Assembly: GCA_021730935.1 (NCBI GenBank)
Contig: JAKFYJ010000010.1
Coordinates: 6,500-70,499 of the forward strand
From: Elusimicrobiota bacterium
GTDB lineage: Bacteria > Elusimicrobiota > Elusimicrobia > 2-02-FULL-39-32
Reading direction: 5' to 3'
DNA: 64,000 nucleotides
In this document: in pieces, positions 27,001-39,000 of the stretch
Numbering within the stretch: position 1 is the first letter of the stretch
How the letters are laid out: every line of letters begins with the position of its first letter
Notes under the pieces: generated by a model
What the model saw: only the letters and a program-made list of their open reading frames with translations
What the model was told of the DNA's origin: nothing
The model's database searches: none
Position numbers and translations under genes: made by a program

Positions 27001-30000
27001 CGCGTTGTCTCTGATTTCAACCGCACCGCCGGAACCTCCCTGTCTCATGAACAGCTCACTGTTGTCGCCCGTGAATGGATCATGCATTCGAGAGCCGAAC
27101 AATCATTGGGGCTGATGCAAGTGAACGGCAAAACAATTATTGTTTCTCACGAAGTAAGATCGAATTTGGAAACATTCCTGGCCAAGAATTCGCTCAAGTC
27201 ATTCATGGCCCAGGCGAATGCGAACATCGCTGAATTGGCTGATAAAGTGAATGCCCCCAAGGCAATGGGGACCCGAATTGATGTGGGTGGAGAGAAATTT
27301 AAAGTAACGCAGGCGTTGCACGACGCTGTAAACATTGAATATAACGTCCAATATTCTAAAGCAGAGCAATCGATGAGCGCAAAACAAGCCTCACGCGAGC
27401 ATCTTGACCCGGTGATGGCCAGAGCCTCGGAACAACACAAAAGCCGGCTGGAGGCTCTGCGCGGCGTGCAGAGTGATTTAATTTTAGAAAAAGCTGTGCT
27501 CAGCCCAAATGACAAGAAACATGAATATCTGGCCATTCGAATGAAGTTGGTTGCCACGCAAATTGAAGGTCTTGAAAGAGGAAAAGATGTTTCAGTAAAA
27601 CTGGCATCGCTGGATGAAAAACTGAAAGCGACGGAATATCAAAAAGAAATAAACGCGAAATCACTAGCCGAAATTTCAGCCGATGACATTGGGGACTTCA
27701 TGAAAGGGGAAGGGCACGATGAAGCGATCGGGAGAACGCATGTGACCCGCGAAAACGCGAAAATTGATGTCCAAAATATAGTCGCAAGCAACAAAACGGA
27801 ACTTCAAAAGGCCTCAGACGGATTGTCCGCGAGAATTTTGGAGTTTGCTGGAAACGCGCGCCCGGAAAACTTTGTTAGCCTCGTGAGCGATTTGGGGAAA
27901 GCCGTCAACATCGATGCGCAATTGAGAACAAACCTGTTTAACGCCATGGACAGCCTTTGCGGCTCTTGCTCAATCATGAGCGCGTTTCAGTCAGGAAGCG
28001 AAACCGGAATCGTTGAGGCCGTTCGGCGCATACCCGGGGCACAGGTCAGAGACATCAAACCATGGGAAGCCAACAATTTGACCGGGGAAAAATCAAAAAT
28101 TCTGGATGCCATGAGAAAGCGCGGAGTTCTTGACAGGAAAAGCCTCAGTGACGCGCGATTTGGGGGAATGACGGACGCAACCCCGCTTTTCGGCAAATCA
28201 AGGTATGCTTCGAGATTGGAAAACGGCGAGGGTATTTTACGGCATTTAAAACGCGGGGACACGCTCAGGCACGCCAGCGGCGAAAGATTCTTTGCCGTTG
28301 ACGAGAAGACTCTGATCAGGCTGGAGGAAGGCCAGGAACCCGCCTTGGAGTATGGAAAAACATCGAACAAGCCTGAAATTGTTTTTCGAGACAGCAAGCA
28401 GAATAAATGGCAGTTTGACGGATCGCGTTGGGTAAAGCTGGATGCGAAAGGCAACCTGACTGCAAAAACAAAAGAGGTTGTGCAGAAATTGCGTGAATCC
28501 GATTTTGATTCGGAAGAAGTCAAGATCTTTGCCTCAGAATCTGTTGTGCTTTCCAAACGCTTGGTGGAGAAATATTCTGGAAAGGTTTTCGAAATATTCA
28601 GCAACCTTTCGGAAAGAGATGTCCTTGCCAAAGATGGTTCCCGTGTGTCTCCTTTTGACGAGAACCTGTCGTTATACGCCATTGTTGCTCAAGAACAAAT
28701 TATGCATCGAGCAACGGAACCGAAATACCAATTCAGCCCAACTCAAGTCGCGTTCGAGGTTATGTTTGCTCGGTCCATGATCCTGGGTTATCTGGAAGCC
28801 AAGGACCGCCCTCTGGCTTTAGGCGCGGCTATGGCCGCTGGGAAACAGGAAGGATCTTTAGTGGGGTTTGTTTCCGCTTATCGGTTTCTTAAGTCACGAG
28901 TGGGAACTGCCGGCACTAAACCCATCCGATTTGCGTTTAAAACTAAAAATGGCAATCTCGTAAACCAGGTTATGAATTCAACCTATGGGCGCGCTTTCGT
29001 TGCGGATAAGGGACTTGATTTCGGAATGAGGAAAGTTCATGGAAAAATGTCCGGCACGGACATCAAGAATGCGCGTTTTTCTGGAATTGATGTGATGGAG
29101 TTCAAAACTGTCCAGGAGCTCATGCTTGAAGACGAATCCATCTTCGTAAAGACATATGATGGAAGTTTTGACGATGAAGTGCATGCTGAACTCGCCGCAA
29201 ACCCCATGAGGCGCGGTTCTTCGATGAATGGGTTTACGAAACGCGGTTCAGCGCTGAGATTTTTGAACCTGTCGGCTATCTTTGACACCAGAAGTCAGCG
29301 TCAATATTTTAATGAGGTCATTTTGCCGACAGAAGCTGTTTTTGACAGAGTCGTTGATGTCTTCAGGGAAAATGGAACGCTCCGCAGAGAATACAACTCA
29401 ATGGACAGCGCAATTGATGTTATTCCTGCTTTAAACTCAGGAACAGTTGTGGCCACTGAGCGCGGACATTTTGAAATCAGAGGCGATGTTTTGACGAAGA
29501 TGTATGACGACATGACAAAGAGCGGAGAATTAAGAGGGATGGGCCGCCCGGAGTTTGATGAGACGGCTAAACTTGCTGTTTCAGCGATCATGATGCGGAA
29601 AAACAAAGATTATTTCACGAGAGTTGAGAATGGAATGATGAAATATGATGTTGGGGACAGCGACGGAAACATCATGCCTGAAACCGTTTTCAGCGAAGGA
29701 AAATTGGCCGCGTGCGTGCTGATGAAGGAAATCAAGCTTGGTAAGGGTGAAGATTCACTGAGAAAACTTGATTTTGATACCGATTTTAAATATGTCGAAA
29801 GTCTCGGCAATGTCTTGGATCAGGCAGAGCCCAGACAAATGGACATGATCAGAACCATGAAGGCTTTTGATCCAAAAAAAGCTGTTTATGCGACGGGGAC
29901 AATGGACGGCGTTCGCAAAACATTGGACAGGATGGGTGCGGATATTGTGTGTTTGGACGCCGAAGGCCGATTGGACTTGGGCGTCAGAGAAGACGGCACG

Positions 30001-33000
30001 GAAAGACGGATCGTGATTGCTCTGGATTCTGTCCATAGCGTTGTGGAACAGATATTAATAGCGACTAGAGCAGATCCAAACTTAAGCCAGATCATTATCA
30101 CGGGCGCTGACACAAGCAAGCTGGAAAAAATTGCTTCAAGTTTGAGAGAGGCTTCGGCACTCGGATTTGAAATTATAACTCTGGACTTTTCAAATGGGGA
30201 CGCATCGTCGAGAGAGTTGTCGGAATTAAAAGACCGAATTCAAAGCGAAGCAAAAGGGCCGGGACTGAAAAAGAGAATCGTGATTGCCAAAGGCGTTGCC
30301 GAGGGAAGCAATCTATTAGGCGTAGCCACAAGCGACCGAGCCATGCTGGTGAAGGTGGATGTTTCTCCATTCAACAATGTAATTCAGGCCGCAGGAAGAA
30401 TGAATGACATCGACGGCCGCCGCATGAAGGGAATTTTCAGCCAGACTCTGGATCTGACCACGGTTGCCCGGCATTTAACTTCAGAGGAATTCAGCGAGTT
30501 CAAGAAACTATATGATCAACACGCCATCGCCACAGGTTCGCGGAAGGTTGAACTCGCGGAACAAATGAGTCAATTGGTGGTTGATGCTCAACGGAATTGG
30601 GTGGATGAAATTGATACTCAACAGTCTAAAAAAACAGCCCAGGTTTTATCGGTGAACGACAGAAACACAGGATTCACCATGGATGAAGCTATCAGGCTCG
30701 TTCACGGAGAAGCCATGTCCCAACATGCCCCCGGCTTTGCAAGCTTGCTCGGGGGCAGAGCGCCACCGCTGTCTGCGATTCGACAAACCCTCAGCAATAT
30801 GGGCGTCACGAATATACATGCTTTAGTGAGCTATCTGGACAACAAAGGAGCGCTCTATAGCACGGTCAGAGGAACATCAGACGACGATAGACTGCTTACG
30901 CAGGAAGGTTTCCTGGCTGCGATCCTTTTTGTTAATACCGCGGCCAACATTTGCAACTTGAGTGATGCGGCTCGAAGCAATTTAAACACGGTCCTGCCTA
31001 GTGCTTCCCAGTTCGCTTTTAACAATCAGATCGACTTTTCATCCGCTTTTTCTATCACCTCACTCCTTATCGAGACTGGAGTGATTAATATTATCAACAA
31101 AGACAAGGATTTCAACGCATTGCTCTCCATGTCCAATGCTGTGAATGTGGCCAATGGTCTGGTGACGCCGCAAAATAGAATTGGCGCCGGGGAGCTCCAA
31201 AATTTCTTTGGCTCTTTTGAGCCCCGTTTTAGACTCGCGCAATATGTCACAACTCACGCAAGGTCGGGGCTTTCTCGAAGCGAAAGAGCGCAAGTAAGGT
31301 TATTTTCGAGATTTGCTGAGGTTCAGAAAAATAAGAATGATGCTGACGATTCTTTCAACAGCATTTTTGCTGAGAATCATTTGGCACAGGCCGCATATGA
31401 AAATTTTGGACAGGCAAGTTCCCGCATGGCATCTAGTTGGAAAGATATCGGTAAGAAAAACGGCTTTCTGGCGAAAGCTCAATCTTGGGTTCCGTTCCTC
31501 AAATATGTCGGCAAATTTACAGCATCAATGGGCCGATTTGCTTTATCAGACATCAGAATTTTATTTACATTGGTCAGGCAGGGGTGGGCCAATTCCCGAA
31601 TGAACCGACTTGAAAACAACACACGCCTGAACGCCTTGGGCAATGACCCAGGCTCTGCGCGGGCTGTCATCTCGTTGCTTTCGCCTGAAACCACGGGTCT
31701 GCCCGGAGCCGACAACATGCTCGCAAACGCGGGTGTGAGGAGGGAACACGCCAGGCGGTCATTCAATGCCGAAACGAGCCGCACGACTGTCAAGCAGTTC
31801 GCAGAGGCGGCCAGGTCTTCCAATCCTGACGACTGGCAGTTCAGGCCGACCTCCCGGCTTGTGACTGTTGCGCAACATTCTTTCACGGGCGCAATGGCTC
31901 TGGCGTTTGCCCTTTCCTGGTTCTTCCCGCCTGTCTCCGCGGCGGCGGCTGTTTGGGCCGGAGGCGCCGTCTCTGTTCTTCCCTTCGGTTCTGCGATCGC
32001 GGGCCTTGCCGGCTCCGTTTCTCCTGTTGCTGTCTGGACGATCACTGCCGCAAAGGCGATTTTGGCTTTCGGATACGGCGTGAAATCCAGCAAGGCGCCT
32101 GATGCAGACGCAAATACCCCGGGTAACTCAAAAGTGCCGAAGTTTATGGCGAACATGGGCGGGAAAATGGGGGCCGTAAGCTTCATTCAGGCGCCAATGA
32201 TGGCAAATATGTTGGGAGGCGGAATTTTCGGTACGGTTGCGGCAATGGCCGGGGCATTCGTCGGCGGAAAATTGAACCAGGATTCCAAAATCCGAACAAC
32301 CTTCGGCGCGGTCGGCGCAATCGCCATGATCTTTATGGCCGTCAACTTGTTGCCCTCAGTGGCCAGCGCGGCTCCGGCGGCGTCCAGCATTTTGCCGAGC
32401 TTTGGAGTCCATCCGTCCGCCGCGTTGCCTGTTGGACTTCTCACACTTTTCTCTTCCGCCTGGGCGCCCATCTCTGCGGCAGGCGCATATGTTGCCCATT
32501 CATCCGTTTTCGTGACTTATCTGAAACCGGCCGGAGCTTTCCTCATGGCCATGGGCATCATGGGAAGCGGGGCTCACGGTTTGTCTTCGAGCGCGTTTGA
32601 AGGAGCCGTTTCATTGATTGACCGCGCCACGAGCAATCCCAGGACCGTTGCCAAGAAAAATCTCGACAAACAGCTCAAAAAAGCCGCGGAACGGGCGCGG
32701 GTCAAGGCGGTGAAAGAGCGGATGGACGGCAGACGCTCAGAAGAAGAGATCCGCGAAGAAGTGGACAAAGAAAACATCAAGGGAGAACTCACCGTGGCAG
32801 ACTTGGACGCCATTGTTGAATCCATCGCCTCATGGTTCGGCAATGACCGTGAAGAAGCGGCAAGGTTTGTTCTCGCGGTTTATAACAATCCCAATTGGAA
32901 TCAGACTCAAGTCTCCAACCTCGCGGGAGCCGCTCTCACCGCGGACCGCCTCAGGAAAGATTTGAAAGACAAGACGGGCCAAGAGAAAGCAAAAATTGAA

Positions 33001-36000
33001 GCCGTCCTTGCCCGCCTTGACGAACAGAACCTCGCGAGTCTGGCTGATTTTAACCGCGCGGAATCTTTGGCCCATGCCGTGCTGGGCGGGATGGAAAGAG
33101 GCGTCCGGGCAGAGGCTGGCGCCGAAAGTCCGTTCGTCATTCTTGCCAACGGCATGATCAGCGATGCGGTCCAGTTCGACGCGAAAATTGAGCAGGCCCG
33201 CGCACGTCTCAAAGCGGTTTTGGGCGTGGAAATGCTTCCGCTGGCTGAAACGGCCGGCATAGACCATTCTGTCTTCAGCTTCTCTCTTGAAACCATCCTC
33301 AAACTCCGCTATGGCTTGAATGCGAGTCAGATCGAGAGGTTCAAAAAGGCCCGCAATGTCCTGGTGCGCCTCGCGGGAGGGGAAACCCGCCTCAATGAAT
33401 TGCTTCACAAGGCCGCCGCCGAAGGGGCAACCGGCGACTTGGCTGAACTCCTCAAAAAACACATCATGAAAGGAAAAGGCGACGAAACCGCGGAGGGCCC
33501 CGTCGCGACGATTTTTGATGTCAATGCCATCCTTGCCGAAGCGGTCAAAAATGACAATGCCTGGCGCGATCTTGCCGCGGCGGTTCTCCCGGAAGATTCC
33601 GCTCTGGGCAAAGCGGCCAGGCTGGTGCGGGACAGAATGAAGTCCGCTCCCGGCTCCGAACTGATGCCCAATGTCCTCATGGCCGCGGGCGTTCACAACA
33701 TCATGATCGACGCGGACCGCCTGATCCTTGTGGAGGCCTCCACTCTGGACACCGTCCAGGACAACAAGGAATGGAAAAAATATCTTGAATGGAAAGAAGT
33801 CGGCATCCACCTTGAGCGTTGGATTCAATTGTCCAAACAGCTGAAAGATTTGAAACTCCTCAAGGACCAGGTCGGCCGCGACATTGTCGGCGCCGACATT
33901 GCAAAAGTCGAATCTGAGATGAAATCCAGCGAAGCGGCCCTGATCTCGGCGGTGCTTACAGCCGGAAACCTCCTTTCTCCCTATGACAAATGGAAAAATG
34001 TTCAGCATGCCCTGCAGGGGGAAGGAATCATGGTGAGCCTCGAACCCGTGAATTTCGCGGACCGGGACTTTGCGGCAAAGCACTCCGGACTGAAGGCCGT
34101 TTTTGACAAAGCCAGAGTGGACATCCTGTCGGGACTTCCCGCGGCTTTCAGCAAACTCTCTGCGGAAAATGTGAAGGCCCATCTTTCCAGGAAACTCCTT
34201 GCGGTCAAGGACGCCAAAGCCTCGATTCAGAAAAGAAGAACGGCGCTCATAAAGAAAATGAAAGCGCTCGGCATTGAGTTCAAGGCAGACGACGAAACGG
34301 GAACCCTTGAAGAAATCATTTCAATTCCCGGATACACGCCTCAAGTCATCTCATTCCTTGAAGAAATGGGAGTCAAGGTGAGCAGAGTTTCAGGCAGGAT
34401 TAGACCTCAAGCCATGCTTCAAATCGTCGGGGATTTGGAAAGCAGGCTGGAACAAAGAATTTTTGAGCTTCAGGATGAGGAAAAAGCGGTCATTGATCAG
34501 GAACCCTCTGCGGCCACGCAATCCGATGTTGACCGTCTGAAGGCCGCGGGCATCACCGTTGAAATTGACAAGGCCACGGGTGAAGTCAAAGGGATCAATC
34601 TCCCTGAGGTCGTCTCCAGCGAACAATGGAAAGTTCTTGGAGAAGTCTTGGGTTATGATTTCGGACGCCTCGCCGGAAGCCGGACAGAAAATTTTGACAT
34701 CAGCGGCGTGAGGGACCTCAAGGTCCGCGCCCGCCTCCAGCAAGTTTTGGACAAGGGTCAGGTTCATTTTGTCGCCGATGAGCTGATCGGCGGCGTTCCC
34801 ACGGTCACTTCAGATGGGCACGTCCTTCTGCCCAGATCCCTTGCTTCCAGTCAGGATCAGGCCATGAAAGCCATGCTGATTCAAATCCTTGTTCTTTTCC
34901 AGAGGACTCCATCCTCGGACCTCACACAGTTGAACCGGATTGCGATGGCGGTTGCGGCTCCGGCGGTTTCAGGAGTGTCCGGCGGCGATGCAAATGATGT
35001 TCTTGTGAGAGCCGCCAATGCCCTTTCCGCCATTTCAGCCTTGTCAGCGGTTTCCAAACAGCGGGAAAATTCCGCTTCACGATATCTTTCAGGACTTGCC
35101 CCGAACCAGGCGGCCAAAGCAGTTGCCCTGCTCGATCACATTGCGGTTCAGAACGCGGACGGAGGCGCAATCCTCACCCTCGCTTCTCTGAGAAATCTCC
35201 CGGAGGAATTCAATACGGACGAATTCAAATCGATGATCTATCCTCTTTCCGGGCTTGGAGAAGCGGATCAGGCCGCGATCAGCGAAACCACGAGGAGAGC
35301 GGGCGCCTCAGGCGCAAATCTGCCTCTTGAATTGATCGCAAATAAAAAATTATTCAACGCGGTTCGCCAGTCCAGAAAATGGAATCAATTTAATCAGGTG
35401 ATGGCTGAACCTGAGAACGCACTCAAACAAGCGTCGGTCCTGGCGATCCTTGCGGCGGCCCGTCCGGAGCAGGTTGACCGCGCCCTGTCATTCGCGATAA
35501 GGCTTCTGAAGGATCAGAGAATGATGAATAATCAAAGGCTGAATGATTTCCTTGAAGAAGGTCCTTCGTCCGCGATCTTGCGCGTTGCGGCTCCCATGAT
35601 CCTTGCCGGATGGGGGTTCCGCCAGATGTCCGTTTTCAGAAATCTCGCAGTCCTCACTCCGGAAGCAAGACGGGGGATGCAGGCAGGCCTGAGGGAAGGC
35701 ATGACGGTGAGTGAAACGATCGACTTCGCCGAAACTCTGGGCATTTCCAGGGCGCGCGTTTTTGCGGTCCTTGACCGTTCCAATGAAAAAGACGCCAAGT
35801 CTATGCTTAAAAAATTCATCCTCTTCCCTGCCGCCCTGCGAGAAGGAATGGTTTCAGCGGACCTCAAACAAGCCTCTCCCAAAGCCATAAAAAAATTCGC
35901 TCAAGCGCCGAATGTCTTCTCCGCGGCTCAGCTCAGGCCTGCAGATTTCTTCAGGACTCCTTTCGGCAGGGCGATCCTGGGCAATGAATCAGCCTCCGCC

Positions 36001-39000
36001 TTCCTCATCGCGTTCCTTGCAGATGAAGATGTTTCAGCCGAGGCAAAACACAAGCTTGCGTCCGCTGTGATGGCCCTTCAGGATCCAGCGAATGTCCAGA
36101 ACCTGCTGAAGTTCATGGCTGAAGCCGAAGAAGGAAAAACGATCCTCAGCCTGCCCAGGATTCAGGACCTCGGCGTTAATCTTGAAGGCATCGCATTCCA
36201 ACTTCTCGATTTCAGCGCCATGAACCTCTCCGTGATTCGCGCCGGCCACGATTTGATCAAAGACACGCCTCTGGCTCGCAAGATTTCAGCGTTTGATCTC
36301 TTATTTATGGAAAATCAGCACCTCCAGCTCCTTGAGACGGCAGGAAAAGAACTCAAAGAAAGAAAAACCTTGAGCTTCAAAACCCTGTCAGCCCTCATTG
36401 AGATCGGAATAAACGATGTCGCCGCGAACGCAGGGAAATGCAGGAACATGCCCCAAATCGAAGGCATTCTGCAGATGGGGAAAATCGACAAAGTCCTGGA
36501 GATGGTTGGGCTCACGAAGGAACAGTTTTCAACTGCTCAAAAGCGTCTTGAACAAATTATTCCGATGGTCCCGGGCGCCGAAGACATGGATGTCGCGTTC
36601 CTTCTCTCCATTAAACCCTCCGAGATTAAAAACCTGATCAATCTTGCAGGACGGAAGGGAATCAAATTCCGCATTATGAAGCTCTTTGGCAGAGAGCCCA
36701 TCCTCACTCTGGCTGACATTGTGCCTCTCTGGCAGGCGCTTGCTTCCGGCAAGGGGAAAGATCTTGTTTTGAAAGCTTTGAACATCGAGGAAGGTCGACG
36801 CAAAGGATTAAAGAATGCGCTGGATGCGCTGGTTCCTGCTCTCAAATCAAACCCTGAGTTGTCAGTTTTGCCGCTTTCTCTGCTCGCAGGCGCCGCAGTG
36901 GAAAACATTTTGTTCCAGAAAATTGACACGAAAGTCGTCCCACGGAAAGGCGGCGTGGCAGTTCTTGCGAGACTGGCCTCAATGCCCGCTCAGGAACGCT
37001 CAACTGCAATTTCGAAACTTATGCTGTGGTCCGCTCCTTCCATAAATGATGACTCAGATCTCTCAGCTGATCAGCAAATCAATGCCCGAAACATCGCCGC
37101 TTTTGCGGAAAACCTTGTCAAATGCGTTTCGGGAACGGCAACCTTTGAGGAGCTTCTCAAAGCTGGAGACATGCTGTTCGGAACTCCAAAAATTGATCCG
37201 TCCTTCCTCCTGAATCTGGGCCTTTCCCCGGACCACGGCGCTGAGTTTCAGGCGCTCACGATCCTTGGAGGGCATTCCGCCGAAGAAGCCGTTCAAGGAA
37301 TTAAAAATTGGGCCCGCCTCATTGGACAGGATGAAAAAGCAGGCAGAGCGTTCGGGTTTATCCCTGTCCAGCTTCTTGTAAATCTCAACGATGAGTCTTT
37401 GGGCAAACTCCTTGCATTATTCCAGCTTATGGATGACGATCAGAGGGATGCTTTCGCGTTCCGGCTCGCATCAACGGCGAAATCTCCCTCTGGAATTGAA
37501 AAAATAGTCTCGTCTCTGAAGAATTTCGAAAACAAATCCATCGTGTCAGACATCGAAAACGCCGCGCAAACCCTTGGACTGGGAAGAGTTGCCCTGACGG
37601 TATCGGGCCTCAAAAACATGTCGGTCTTTGACATTTTGAGACGCGCGTCCAAAGCGATCGTTGCCAAATTGCCTTTGAGCTTCTTTGATTGCCCGGTTGC
37701 CGAGGCCCTGGCGACAGACAGTCAGAACTTGAACGCCGCCTTGCAGACGATTGCCCGTTTGAGCCCTGAAGCAGTTGCTTCACTGCAAAAAGTCACGGTT
37801 GACCGCGCTTCCCGCGTCGTTGTTCTTCTGGCAAAAATTCAAAATCCCGAGACCATGAAAACTTTAGAATTTACGGAACTTGCGCGCGTGTTTGAAAATC
37901 AAAGTCTCGTGAACCGCATCGCAAGTTTCTTCGGAATCCGCAGAGCGTTCAAGGGAGCAGTGAAGGAACTGGCTCCGGTTTTGGGGCGCAGATCCGGAAT
38001 AGATTTACTTGCGAACCGCATCGGCCAATTGAGAAGCGAAGAAAGCGAATTGATGCCGCTCATTTTCCTTCTGAGCGCGGATTCCAAGACCTGGAACTTC
38101 TGGATGAGCGTTCAAAACTCAATCCCGTCCGGCTTCTGGGCCAACAGGACCGTTAATGAAGCCCTCCAGATTTTCGGCTCTCAGGGAGCCCAATTGCTCA
38201 TCCCGCGAATGGAGAGGGAAGAAAGGCATCAGGTCTTGTCCATGCTGGCCGCGGCCAACCCGTTCGAACTGAGAAGCGCCGTCTCTCTATTGAACACCCT
38301 CGCCGGCAAAAACCTGACCTATGCCCAAATGCAGGCCATTGAACCCTCTTTCGGCCTCAAGCCGCTCAGGATGCTTCAGATTTCAAATATCAAAACTGAA
38401 CTTTCCAAAGTTTCAGAAGCTCATGACCTCCTTTCAGCCAACGGACAGGGAGCGCAAGCTGACGGAATGCTGATCAAGGACCTCACGCCGAAGAACGCGA
38501 ACGCGATCCTGGTCAAGTTTAACAAACAGCCCATGATTGCCCGATTGCCGCAAAACATCCGCGAACGGCTTCTCGCGATGGATAAAGATGCGCAGTCCGA
38601 AGCCATAAAATTAATCACGAACTTCAGACAAGATGATCTTCAGATCTCCCTGAGCAGACTCAATGTCCTGGCCTCAATGCTCAATCTCTCCGTCGATGTC
38701 GTTGCTCGAGATGTCGCCGGCATCAATTTGGGAAAAACCGGCAGTCTGAAAACTCTGACAGAGCGCGCGAATCAAACCATCACCCTTTCCATGGCCCGCG
38801 CCATCGGACTGGACGCGGTGAAGAATTTAATAAATCTGAATCTCACGCAAAGCCAATTTGACTCTCTCCGGGCTCTCTTTACCTATGATTTCAATAACGA
38901 TGCTGGAAGGATCGTTCCCGTCATCAACCTCCTTGGAGCCCATCCAAATCTGCTTCCCGGTTTGTTGTCCAATTCCGGCCTGTCGCAGGAAACATTAGTC

